A stretch of DNA of 64,000 nt from Malacoraja senta (lineage: Eukaryota): NCBI GenBank assembly GCA_038087875.1, contig CM075994.1, positions 2,730,001 to 2,794,000 of the forward strand, in the 5' to 3' direction. Of this stretch, positions 14,194 through 27,100 are shown piece by piece (position 1 is the stretch's first letter; each line of letters starts with the position of its first letter). The translations under genes and the position numbers were made by a program. Under the pieces are notes generated by a model, which was not told the origin of the DNA, made no database searches, and worked only from the letters and a program-made list of their open reading frames with translations.

Positions 14194-14558
14194 AAAAGGC
14201 AACATTAGATAACTCAGCATGAATAAAGATGGAAAAATGATTAGATTAATGGATAAATGGAGGGGTTTATATATATATATTTTTTACATTTGTATATAAA
14301 CTGAATTTATGATATATATATAAATAAATCAATATACAAAACATAAATTAAAACCCTTCAACATATCCATTAAGTTGATTTATCCATCTTTATTCATACC
14401 AAGGTATCTAATTTCACCTTTTGTATGTGTATATATATTATAGAGATGCACGTGCTCTCATAAATTAAGGGTTTTAAAATATATATATATAAACACAATT
14501 TATCTATTAATCAAATTATCCACCTTTATTCATGCCGACTTATCTAATGCCACCTTTT
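14194..14558. repeat. AT-rich fold-back repeat in TCP1 intron 1
   Basis: About 65 bp at 14194-14260 is the near reverse complement of ~14498-14558. A third copy at ~14360-14423 is direct to the latter. Confidence 0.7.
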
Positions 14559-14799
14559 GAATCATAATAATACGGGCCAGTGCAGTTTGTGCCCGTCAGT
14601 GGGGCTCCACGAGGAAGGCGGCTCTGGGCAATGGCCCGGAGATGGCCGGTCGCTGCTGCGAGTGGCAGCGCATCCACCGCAGCCGCGTGGTAGAGGCTGT
14701 CACCCTCGCTCGTTCCCCCGGCCCCGAGACAGGGAGCGACCCGATCGTCTCGGCCCGCCGCCCGGCCCACCGCCACGCCGGCCGCACCGAGAACAACGG

Positions 14800-14819
14800 A
14801 GAAGGTTCTGGAACATTCC
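14800..14819. promoter_or_regulatory. Heat-shock element (HSF site) in TCP1 intron 1
   Basis: aGAAggTTCtgGAAcaTTCc: four perfect alternating nGAAn pentamers about 125 bp into intron 1 of a chaperonin gene. Confidence 0.8.
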
Positions 14820-14943
14820 CGGGCGGGCGGGCGGGCCGGCGCCCGTGTCTGTATCTGTGTCCCCCACCTCCCGCAGGCTATCACCCCGGGATGGGGAGTT
14901 CGCGGGCTGTCATGTCTTGTCCTGCGCCACCTCCGGCCCTCAC

Positions 14944-15016
14944 CATTCTGAGTGCGGATGGAGTCTCCCGAGGTGCGCTGTCCCAGCACGCTTAACGCAC
15001 CCTCCATGGCGGCCAT
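14944..15016 (-). CDS. TCP1: TCP1 (CCT-alpha chaperonin) exon 1; ATG at 15007 (MEGALSVLGQRTSGDSIRTQN), possible in-frame upstream ATG at 15016
   Basis: Translation matches the vertebrate TCP1 N-terminus. 64 coding nt from ATG 15007, then donor G|GTGAG. Lies in a CpG-rich island. Confidence 0.95.
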
Positions 15017-15458
15017 CTTCAAGCGCAGAGGAAGTGGAGGCCCCGGAGAACTCTGGGACGTTCCCTCTCACTCTTGTCGGGTGGTAAATTAAACACATTT
15101 ATCACATCCACCTCTTACTTTAGAAATGTTTTGTCCGGCAATTGGCAATGATATTTTCATTTGTGGTTCTCTTCCCCCCCCCCCTTTTTTGCCGTTCCTC
15201 CGTTGCCTGGGTGATGACGCCCGGGTCACGTGTCAGGGATGCAGCTGCAAGCAAAGCTGGCTGCAAGGCCGCCCACAGGTACCACAGTTGGAACAAACGC
15301 CAACAGCAGGCCAGTCCACTCCACTCCACTCCTACACGGTTCACTTAAAACCAGCGAGAGGCACGAGGAGAAAAACAAAAAATAGCAAAATTGGTGTTTA
15401 TACAGTACTCATGTCGAGTTTTGTCATGTGCGCAAGTACAGTGAGGTACAGGTAACAA

Positions 15459-16628
15459 TGTTACAAAGAGATTTTAAAAATCAAGTCTGCAATTTATCCC
15501 ATCAGATAAAGCATAAAAATAAGTTTAATTTGACACATAATTCACTTTCATATCTTCAGTATTAAAAAAGTTATGGCCATTTTCATACTCTGAAATTAGC
15601 ATCTTGTTCCCTATTGCTTTTCCATTGATTTAACTCAAAAGCTGTGATCGAGGACAGTAAAAAGCCCATAACTTTCTTAAAAATTAAGAGAACTGAATAA
15701 AATGTTCAGTTATTATAGATTGAAGCATTCTGAAACAAATATGAAACAATCTTACTTGGATGACCTGAAATTAAAGCATATAATTAGTTAGTTACCTTCT
15801 TCTTTTGTGTGGCGTGCACAGCCTAAAGTTTTTGGACAACTTGTTCTATTTGATCTTCCGTTTGTGCACGTCGAGTTGATTGCATTAGTCGAAACAGGGC
15901 GGACCACGTGAAGGTTGCAATCTTCCACCCTGTTAGTTACCTAATTGTTGCTAATTACAAAACTCAATTACTAGATCTAAACATCTATCCATTTCTTAAG
16001 AAAAGATTAACATTTTTAAACAGCCTGTGTCCAAATAACATTCACACAAGAATTCACAATATAACATGATTTTTAAATCTCATTGTCATGAATTTATAGG
16101 CCAAATGGAAGAAATTTAGTGTTTAATTCCCATAAATTAATGGCCATTTAAATCATCTTGCGAGTGGGATTTTGTGAAACGCGATCGATTGGAACGTTGC
16201 ATTTGCGGTGAATTTAAACCCCATATTGGCAGGAAAAATACTGCCGGTTCGTATGGAGCCTAAATCACCTTTTCGCAACGTAAAATTTTGTTTAAAGGCA
16301 TCCTAAGAAGCACGTTTATATGTAAAAATAAACGGCTTACCTTGCTTTGTCCCATACGTGAGATCCGTCCCGTTGTCGGCGTTGACGGCTTTAGAAGACA
16401 ATTTTTATTTTACTCCTGCTATTAAATTAAACAGCGCTGTTTTTAAAAAACTTGATAAAACGCAAGTCGGATCGATTTTTCTTTAGCAGCTAAACAGCCT
16501 GACAAAGATCGACTTCAACAGGCTGTAGAAAACGGCATTTTAAACCCGCCCCCCCTCTCAAAGACGCCAAAGTCGCGCGCACGGTCAGTGGCAGAACTGC
16601 AGCGCCGCTGAGGGTACGTTTTGTAGCA
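15459..16628. mobile_element. Probable non-autonomous DNA transposon containing a short retroposed insertion (15798-15931)
   Basis: Short imperfect TIR TGTTACAAA / TTTGTAGCA. The inner insertion is flanked by an 11-bp direct repeat GTTAGTTACCT (15787-15797, 15932-15942). Confidence 0.5.
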
Positions 16629-17764
16629 TACCTGGTACAGGTCCAATGAAAATCTTGCTTGCAGCAGACATAGACTCAGACAACACCCAACATCATAAAT
16701 TATCCACAATTATGCGTAAATTCTGCAAGACAGTGAAATAAAAAGACATCAAAGAAACAATTTGTGAGTGCAAAAATATACAGTTACAGAGCAAGACATT
16801 TGGTAGACACAAAGTGCTGCAGCGGGTCAGGCAGCATCTCTGGAGAAAAGGGATGGGTGACGTTTCACGTCAGGCCCCTTCAAACTGAAAGTAGGGGTGG
16901 GTGTAGAGCTGGCGGGAAAAAAATACCAGGACCAATCAGGGCTGGCCACAAATGGCCTCAGGCAGGGTGTTGCCTGGTAGGTCCATTGTTGGCTAGGGAA
17001 GGTGTGATCTCAAGAGAAACAATGTGAAGACATGTGGAACTGGTAAAACAACTAGGGTGGAGGAAGAAGGCAAGAAGGGAGGGGAAGGGAGTGTAAAGTG
17101 AAGTTACTTAAAATCAGAGAATTCAATGTTCATTGTAAGCAAGAGCAGAACAATGAAATTCTTACTTGCAGAAACATAACCAGTCTGTAAACACAAAACA
17201 CATATATAATATTCGATAAACAAGAAAACCCATAAATTAATAACCACAATTCTAGTGCAAAAAATCTCAGAAGTGCTTAATGCAACCAAAGACAGTCCCT
17301 AGTTGAGGTTAGTGGTGAGCAGTGTCCAAGAGCCTGATGGTTGTCGGGAAGAAGTTATTCTTAAACTTGCTGGTGACATTTTTCAGACTCCAGTCTTTTG
17401 ACTTCCTGATTGTAGTAGCGAAATGGGAGTGTGGTCAATGTTGTGTGGGGCTTTCATGATACAGGATGCCTTTTTGAGACAGCACCTCCTGTAGATCCCT
17501 TCGATGGTGGGGTCAGTCCCTGTGTTGGACCAGGCAGTGTCCATCACTCTCTGTAATCTCCATGGTTCCTGAACATTTGAGTTGCCAAACCAGCCCATAA
17601 TACAACCTGTCAATACTCTTTCTCTATGCCTGTGATTCTGTTACAAATAAGATTTTCATTGTACCTGTATCTCACTGTACTTCTGAAAATTACAATAAAC
17701 CTGACTATTAAATATAAATGTTTGTCTTAAATACCAGCTCAGTACACTGCAGTTACAGGCCATA

Positions 17765-18757
17765 TTACATAGAAAATAGGTGCAGGAGTAGGCCATTCGT
17801 CCCTTCGAGCCTGATCATCCAACTCAGTATCCTGTACCTGCCTTCTCTCCATACCCCCTGATCCCTTTAGCCACAAGGGCCACATCTAACTCCCTCTTAA
17901 ATATAGCCAATGAACTGGCCTCAACTAGTCAAGTCAAGTCAAGTGGGTTTATTGTCATGTGTCCCTGATAGGACAATGAAATTCTTGCTTTGCTTCAGCA
18001 CAACAGAACATAGTAGGTATTGACTACAAGGCATTCTATAAATATATACACACATGAATCAATATACTGATAAAGTGCAAATAACAGTTAATTGGCTAAT
18101 AAAGTTCAGTGTTTTGTCCGAGCCAGGTTTAATAGCCTGATGGCTGTGGGGAAGTAGCTATTCCTGAACCTGGTCGTTGCAGTCTTCAGGCTCCTGTACC
18201 TTCTACCTGAAGGTAGTAGGGAGATGAGTGTGTGGCCAGGATGGTGTGGGTCCTTGATGATACTGCCAGCCTTTTTGAGGCAGCGACTGTGATAGATCCC
18301 CTTGGAAGGGAGGTCAGAGCCGATGATGGACTGGGCAGTGTTTACTACCTTCTGCGGCAGAGAATTCCACAGATTCACCACTCTCTGTGTAAAAAATGAT
18401 TTTCTCAACTCGGTCCTAAAAGACTTCCCCCTTATCCTTAAACTGTGACCGCTTGTTCTGGACTTCCCCAACATCGGGAATAATCTTCCTGCATCTAGCC
18501 TGTCCAACCCCTTAAGAATTTTGTACGTTTCTATAAGATCCCCCCTCAATCTTCTAAATTCTAGCGAGTACAAGCCGAGTCTATCCAGTCTTTCTACATA
18601 TGAAAGTCCTGCCATCCCAGGAATCAGTTTGGTGAACCTTCTCTGTACTCCCTCTATGGCAAGAATGTCTTTCCTCAGATTAGGAAACCCAAACTGTACG
18701 CATTACTCCAGGTGTGGTCTCACTAAGACCCTGTACGACTGCAGTAGAACCTCCCTG
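17765..18757 (-). mobile_element. CR1 3' fragment with a nested LINE-derived insertion (~17927-18345)
   Basis: CR1 tail peptide LGLYSLEFRRLRGDLIETYK...QRVVNLWNSLP switches to an unrelated Rex/L2-type tail (HPGHTLISLLPSGRRYRS...FRNSYFP) that ends in (CAAGT)n. Confidence 0.8.
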
Positions 18758-20028
18758 CCAGGGCCGGCCTTAAGCCAATTGGACCAATTGCTTCCAATTG
18801 GGCCCCGCGCAAGGCTGGTGGGCAACACACTCTATCCCCTCAGCAGCGACCTCAGTAGTGAAATTCCTCACCAACAACAACAGAGCCCGGCGGTTAACTC
18901 TCAATACTGTCACCACTTTCCGGGATACCATCCCCGTATCCCTTTTTGCACCCACACTTACCGGTATTTAACACCCGGTGCACGGGGGAGCCGTTACTAC
19001 AACTTTACTTCAGACAGTTACGATGAGCCCACCAGTGGATGTGTACACACGCATGATGTTACCAGGATAGTCACCGAGCAGCTGACTCTTATCTGGAATT
19101 AATCAGTCAAGGTGCATCTGAAGCAAACAGCGCCGTCCTCTTCCAAAAGCAGTAGTTACCAAATGGAATAGCGTTTGTTGTATGCCACACACTCACACGC
19201 ATAAATGTGTGGACACAATAGTTCCTTCATTGTCGCGTCTACCAAGGTGCAGTGAAATTATTTTGAATAGAGATCAGTGAGATTATTGCCGTACCCAAGT
19301 ACACTGCCCTGTTAGCACATAATGCACAGAAACAGGCACTGAGTCTTTATGCAATAGTCGGCAGGTGTTGGCGTAATTTCACGGTTCAAACTGCAGGTGC
19401 CTATGAAGGCCTGTTGTAGCCGTCGTATCAACAGAAACATCACGTCCCCTTCTCCCCCCATTCGGACACAAAACGTGTGTGTGTGTGCATAATACAGGAC
19501 CCAGTGGTAAGCCACGGCTGCCCTTGGTACGTGTAGTAACTAACAAGTGTGTCGGAAAAAAAGTGGTCAATATCAGCTTCACAAGGCAGCCTTGAAGGCT
19601 GAAGCTTGAGATGCTGCCGGGAGCAGTCGTGCGGTGAAAACATTGCGGCAGTGACAGCATTCCCCGCTCCCTCCCATCATCAACCTCGGGGCCTTCCGAT
19701 TCCCGTCCTTCATTCCCACCCATCGGGAGGGAGCTGTGCAGGGATGACATTCTCCCTGACCACAGATTGAAACATTGATTGCAAGGAGCAGGTTGCAACC
19801 GCAGAGCCCATACAGAATATTAGTAAACCTTCATTAAATCACGTGGAATAATGCAGTTTAATGGTAATTAGCAGCTACGGTAAAGGTTGGAAGCCAGCGG
19901 AGGTACTGACAGTCAGACGAGAGCCGGAGAGATTAAGACAGTGTATAATCCATAGCACCTCAGTGCACAATTTCATAATATATACTAAATAACAGGGCTG
20001 ACAGACCTTGGCTGGGAACCTGGGGCTC

Positions 20029-21170
20029 TATAAGATCCCCTCTCAATCTCCTAAATTCTAGCGAGTATAAGCCAAGTCTATCCAGTCTTTCTTCATATGA
20101 AAGTCCTGACATCCCAGGAATCAGTCTGGTGAACCTTCTCTGCACTCCCTCTATGGCTATAATGTCCTTCCTCAGATTTGGAGACCAAAACTGTACGCAA
20201 TACTCCAGGTGTGGTCTCACCAAGACCCTGTACAACTGCAGTAGAACCTCCCTGCTCCTATACTCAAATCCTTTTGCTATGAAAGCTAACATACCATTCG
20301 CTTTCTTCACTGCCTGCTGCACCTGCATGCCTACTTTCAATGACTGGTGTACCATGACACCCAGGTCTCGCTGCATCTCCCCATTTCCTAATCGGCCACC
20401 ATTTAGATAATAGTCTGCTTTCCTGTTTTTGCCACCAAAGTGGATAACCTCACATTTATCCACATTATACTGCATCTGCCAAACATTTGCCCACTCACCC
20501 AGCCTATCCAAGTCACCTTGCAGTCTCCTAGCATCCTCCTCACAGCTAACACTGCCCCCTAGCTTAGTGTCATCCGCAAACTTGGAGATGTTGCCTTCAA
20601 TTCCCTCATCCAGTTCATTAATATAAATTGTAAATAGCTGGGGTCCCAGCACTGAGCCTTGTGGTACCCCACTAGTCACTGCCTGCCATTGTGAAAAGGA
20701 CCCGTTTACTCCTACTCTTTGCTTCCTATTTGCCAGCCAGTTCTCTATCCACATCAATATTGAACCCCCAATACCGTGTGCTTTAAGTTTGTATACTAAT
20801 CTCTTATGTGGTACCTTGTCGAAAGCCTTCTGAAAGTCCAGATACAACACCTCCACTGGTTCTCCCCTATCCACTCTACTAGTTACATCCTCGAAAAATT
20901 CTATAAGATTCGTCAGACACGATTTACCTTTCGTAAATCTATGCTGACTTTGTCCAATGATTTCACCACTTTCCAAATGTGCTGCTATCCCATCTTTAAT
21001 AACTGACTCTAGCAGTTTCCCCACTACCGATGTTAGACTAACTGGTCTGTAATTCCCCATTTTCTCTCTCCCTCCCTTCTTAAAAAGTGGGGTTACGTTT
21101 GCTACCCTCCAATCCTCAGGAACTACTCCAGACACTGAGCCTTGTGGTACCCCACTAGTCACTGCCTGCC
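20029..21170 (-). mobile_element. CR1 RT fragment, truncated at both ends
   Basis: Open RT frame NYRPVSLTSV...DFQKAFDKV...GVPQGSVLGP...FADD...LYSLEFRRLRGDLIE. Confidence 0.92.
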
Positions 21171-24100
21171 CAGACAAACAACCCAGACAAGGATATGAAT
21201 GGATTAACAAACAACTTAAAAGTGCTCAGGCCAGCCACGCGATGGACCGTCGAACCTGAGACTCTAAACCTGCCTAAAAGAAAGCTATCCCTGAAACAAA
21301 ATACCGATAACTTCTAAGGACTGCCCAATTCAATATTTGGTACAACGTAATGTTGAAATTGCACGAAGTTCTATGCCATGTGGTCAGGCCTTCCACAGCT
21401 CACAACAGCAATCAGCCCACGAGACAGGGTCGTCGAAGAGAGAGCGAGAATTCTGGGAACTCTGCTATTTATACTTCAGATGAGTCACCCGTCACCTGAC
21501 GCAGCTTGGCCAATCGGGTACAGGAGCCTTTTAGCCTGCACTCTGGAAAGAAACAGAGAAAGGTTAATACATAACATTGACCAGGAGGGGGAGCGCCTAA
21601 CACCCCCACCCAAAGATACTGAATCAGTTTCGGAAGAAGAGAGAAAAAACACCACCAAATCCCCGAAACTATTCAGGAGCTAAACTCCACTGGCGCGACA
21701 AGGCGTCAGCCAAGACATTATCCTTGCCACGGATATGCCTGACCTCCAGGTTGTAGTCTTGCAGCTGCAAACTCCAGCTCATTAATCGACGGTTCTTATT
21801 CTTCATATTATGCAAAAATACCAACGGATTATGATCCGTGAGTACGATGACAGGGATATTCGAGGAGCCAACATAAACCTCGAAATGACTCAGAGACATC
21901 AACATAGCAAGGGCCTCTTTCTCAATGGTGGAGTACCACTTCTGATGTCGATTAAACTTCTTAGAGAAGTACGAAACTGGATGCTCCACCCCATCTGAAT
22001 CATCCTGTAGAAGAACTCCCCAACCCCACGATCACTAGCATCCACTGCCAGCTTAAATGGAAGCTCAAAATCAGGTGCCAGAAGCAAAGGCTTGTTGACA
22101 CTCTGCGGACCACACAAAAGCTACCTTTGGACTCAGCAAATCCGTCAAAGGGGCAGCCACTGCAGAGAAGTTTGGACAAAATCCCCTATAGTACCCAACC
22201 ATAGCCAGATACCTACGGAGTTCAGTCCTCGAGGTTGGAGCAGGAAATGCAACAATATGCTCCACCTTCTCCTTGAGAGTGCGAACCTGACCCCGGCCCA
22301 CCACCTTACCCAGATACGTTACCGTGGCCTGGCCAAATTCACACTTCCCCAGATTGATAGTTACCTTTGCCTCCGCTAGACGATGGAATACCTCCTTCAG
22401 ATGACCGATGTGTTCGATCCACGACCTGGAGCACACAACCAAATCATCAAGGTATGCCTCACAGAAGGTCAAACCAGACAATACAATGTTCACCAACCGT
22501 TGGAAAGTTGCCGGCGCATTGCGCATCCCAAATGCCATCACTGTATACTGCAGAAAGTTATCAGGCGTAATGAACGCAGAGATCTCCCTCGCCCGCCCAG
22601 TCAAGGGAACTTGCCCATAGCCCTTTAACAAGTCCAATTTGGATACACAAGATGCACTTCCCACACGATCCACGCAATCCTCCATTCGTGGGAGAGGATA
22701 GCAATCCGGGTTAGTTACCGCATTGACTTTCCGAAAGTCCGTGCAAAACCTGTCCTCCCCATTAGCCTTCATAGCCAGTAGACACGGAGAACTCCACGGA
22801 CTACAACTAGGTTTAGCAATGCTATGCCGCAGCATATAGTCAACCTGACTCCCTAGACGATGACACTTGTCAGGGTTGACCCGATACGGATGCTGTTTAA
22901 TTGGCGCAGCACTGGCCACGTCAATGTCATGCTGCAGCACAGACGTCTGAGAAGGCACATCCGAGAACAGTGACCCATTTGACTTCACCAAAGCAAGCAG
23001 ATCATCCCGCTGACTTTCAGTCAAATGCGACAACCGCAAGGGAAGCGACTCCAAAGCCTCAGAGTTACACAGCCTTCCCTGCGTCACTGCCACTGACAAC
23101 CTTGCCTCACCCACATCACCACCAGTGTCATGGGGCAGCACCACTGCAGTCAAAACAGGCTTAGACGAAACCGAAGAACACAGCACCTCCCCATCCACCT
23201 CCCCAGGCTCCTGCTCATGGTACTGCTTCATCATGTTGACATGACAGAGCTGAGTCTTTCGCCTTCGATCAGGGGTACCAATAACATAATCCCTTTCACC
23301 AACCTTCTTAACTACCTGATAGGGACCGCTATACCGAGCCTGTAGACTGGAACCAGGAATAGGCAACAACACCAGGACCTTGTCACCTGGAGAAAAATTC
23401 CTACTAGAAGCCTTCCTGTCGAACCACCCCTTCATCCTAGACTGAGCAGAAGCAAGATTACCCCTTGCCAGATCGCATGCCCTCCTCAGTCTAGTCCGAA
23501 AGGCACAGACGTGGTCCAACACACTACATGTAGTATCCTCCTGCAACCACTTCTCCTTTAGGACCCTCAACGGGCGAACACCAGGTCAGCAGGACTGAAC
23601 CCTAAAGACTCCTGCACGACCTCACGCACTGCAAACATAACTAGATGAATCCCCTCATCCCAGTCTTTTTCAAACTCCAGGCAGTAAGACCTCAACATCG
23701 ATTTCAAAGTCTGGTGAAACCTCTCGAGAGCTCCCTGGCTCTCAGGGTGATACGCACTGGAGTAACAATGCTTAATATCCAAGATCCTCATTACCTGACC
23801 AAAAACCTTCGACATGAAGTTGGAACCTTGGTCACTCTGCACCACCTTGGGCAAACCGAACAACGAAAAAAACGTAGTGAGCGACTTCACAATGGTAGGG
23901 GCAGTAATTCTACGCAAAGGGACCACCTCCGGAAAGCAGGTAGACGCACACATAATTGTCAATAAAAACTTGTTGCCCACCTTTGTCCGAGGTAGAGGGC
24001 CCACACAATCAACTAGAATCCGCTCAAACGGCTCACCGACCACAGGGATTGGATATAAAGGCGCAGGAACAATTGATTGGTTCGGCTTTCCTGCCACCTT

Positions 24101-27100
24101 GCAAATGTGACAACACCTGCACTGCTGTTTCACATCCCTTTTCGTGATATAAATTTTTATTAGAAGCAAACATATTACAATGTAGAGTAACATATTATAA
24201 TAGAAGAAAAAACTTTTCATATACATCAATCACTCATACATTATTAAATTTGTCAATTGTCAGTTAATTCTGCTTCTAGTGTTTTTTTTTAAATATAGAT
24301 AGAAAAAGAAAAATAGAGAGAAAGAAGAAGAGAGAGAAAGAAGAATTACAATATCAAAAAAGAAAAAGAGGTGGAATGAATAACTTATAATACGTCATAG
24401 GAGATAAGTTCGTAGGTTATGAAATATAATTACATCTAATCCTGAGTTCAAGCTTCAGTCGGGCTTTCGCGCTGGGCCACTCTATCCCTTCAAATAGGCA
24501 ATGAATGGAGCCAATATTTTAACAAAAAGTTCTTGCTTGTCCATTAAGACAAGTCTAATTCTTTCTAGATGTAGGGTCTCCGACATTTCCACAATCCACA
24601 TTTTAATTGTGGGGGTTGTAGGGCCTTTCCAGAATTTTAATATTAATTTTTTCCCTGTTATTATGCTGTAGTCAAGGAAGTTTCTTTGGCTTGTTGTGAG
24701 TGTTAAACTTTGTTCTGATATCCCAAGTATTATTAATTTTGAGTCTGGAGCCAATTTGGTATTAACAACTTCAGAGATTATTTGAAAAATATCAGTCCAG
24801 TAATTTTTAATTTTTATACAATTTGCAAAGGTATGTGTTAAATTGGCCTCTAGGTGCAGGCATTTATCACATATAGGAGAAATATGTGGGAAAATTCTAT
24901 TTAGTTTTATTTTGGAGTAATGTAATCTGTGTAAGACTTTAAATTGTATTAAAGCATGTCTGGCATTTAACGAACATTGATGTATATGTTGTAAACTTTC
25001 ATCCCAAATATCTTTCGTAATAGGATAACCTAACTCATTTTCCCATTTATGTCTATATAGTTCCATCGGCAGTACCTCATTATTTAGGAGAATGTTATAA
25101 ATATAAGCTATTAATTTTTCAGTGTTAGGATGCTTATTCAAACATTCATCAAGAATTTCTGGTTCCCTAGTCCTATAAACTTGTGTATTGGATTTAACAT
25201 AATCTCTAATTTGTAAATATCTGAAAAAGTTATTTGAGTGTAGTCCATGATTCTGTTGTAACTCTTGAAATGACAGAAAGATGCCTTCCCTATAAAGATG
25301 TCCAATCCTTTTAATTCCATGATTTTTCCATTGTTTAAAACCTCTATCCAATATGGATGGCTTGAATAGAGGATTATTTATAATGGGAAGACATAGTGGT
25401 ATATTATTCAGTTTTAAAGCCTTTTTTAATTGTTTCCAAATTCGTATTCCACTATGTATTATAGGGTTTTCCTTATAGGTTTTTTTATGCAATTTTGTGG
25501 TAGCAAATATAATCTAACCTATTTCAAAAGGTAAACAGTCTTCCTTTTCCATCCTTAACCATTCTGGTTGTTGGTCCATTTCTTCCAGCCAGAAATTCCT
25601 GTTTTTAATATGGACTGCCCAAAAATAAAATAAGAAATTTGGCAAGGCCAAACCTCCGTTGCTCTTTGACTTACATAAATGTTTTTTACTTATTCTATGA
25701 TTCTTATAATCCCAAATAAAGCTTGTAACAATGGAGTCGACTTTTTTGAAAACGTTTTTTGGAATATATATCGGAATTAATTGAAATAAATATAGTAGTT
25801 GCGGTAAGAAAATCATTTTTATAGCATTCATTCTACCAAGCATTGAAATAGGAAGTGTTTTCCAGTACTGAATATGTTTGTGTAATTTATTAAGTAAGGA
25901 TGGAAAATTTTGTTTAAATAAAGAGGTATATGTCTTAGTTACATAGATTCCTAAATATTTAAGTTTATCTTTAACTATTTTAAAAGGGGTTTGTTGTATT
26001 GTATTTAAGTTGAATTTTGTTATTGGCATAATTTCACTTTTATTCCAATTAATCCTATATCCTGAGAACTGACCAAATTGTGTTATTAGATTTAATAGAT
26101 TTGGAATACTAGTTTCTAACTTTGTAATATATATTAATACATCATCTGCATATAAGGACATTTTATTCCTTGTATCTCTAGTGTTGTATCCATGTATTCC
26201 TGGATGGTTTCTAACGCTTTCTGCTAATGGTTCAATTGCAAGAGCAAATAATAGTGGGGATAGTGAACATCCTTGTCTACAACCTCTAGAAAGATTAAAT
26301 TTGGCTGATAACATTTGATTTGTTAATATTCTAGCCGTTGGATTAGAGTATAACAATTTAACCCATGTACAGTACTTCTCTCCCAATTGAAATTTTTTCA
26401 TTACCGAAAATAAATATGTCCATTCTACCTGGTCAAATGCCTTTTCAGCATCTAACGAAATAATTGCTAGATCTGCATTTGGAATTCTATTTGTATATAT
26501 AATATTGAATAGTCTTCTCAAATTATAAAATGAGTAACGTTTTGGAATAAAACCTGTTTGGTCCGGGTGTATTAATTTGTTAATCACTAAGCTCAATCTA
26601 TGAGATAGGATTTTGGTTAATATTTTCTGATCAGTATTTAAGGGAGCTATTGCTCTATATGAACCTGGGTCTTCAGGGTCCTTATCCGGTTTCGGTATAA
26701 GTATGATTGTAGATTCATTTAGAGTTTCTGGAAGTTTCTGTTGAGTATAAGCTTGTTTGTAAAGTCTCTGTAGACGTGGAGAAATCAGATCGTAATTTTT
26801 AAAATAAAATTCAGAGCTTAGACCATCAGGACCTGCGGCCTTTCCATTTTTTAAAGATCTAATTGACTCCTCGATGTCTTTTACCGTAATTTCTACATCT
26901 AGTGATTCTCTCTCTTTCTGATCTAGACCTGTAAGATTACATTTCTGTAGAAATGTTTCCATTCCTACTGGTTGTTCTGTTGTTTTAGATGAATACAATT
27001 TTTGATAATATTGTAAAAATCTATCATTAATATCTTTAGGTAGTGTTAATGTTTCTCCCTTATCTGATCTAATTTTGTAAATTGTTTTTTCCCCGTCCTG

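Larger units (their letters stand above)
14560..15290. promoter_or_regulatory. CpG island / TCP1 promoter region
   Basis: High GC and CpG density around exon 1. YY1 motif AAGATGGCCGCC (minus, 15008-15019), ETS GGAAGT (~15030), X-box-like GTTGCCTGGGTGAT (15202-15215), E-box GTCACGTG (15225-15232). Confidence 0.7.

Noticed and set aside
14540..15022. 160-aa ORF as full TCP1 N-terminus
   Set aside because: Only the first ~25 codons are exon 1. The rest is read-through into GC-rich intron 1.
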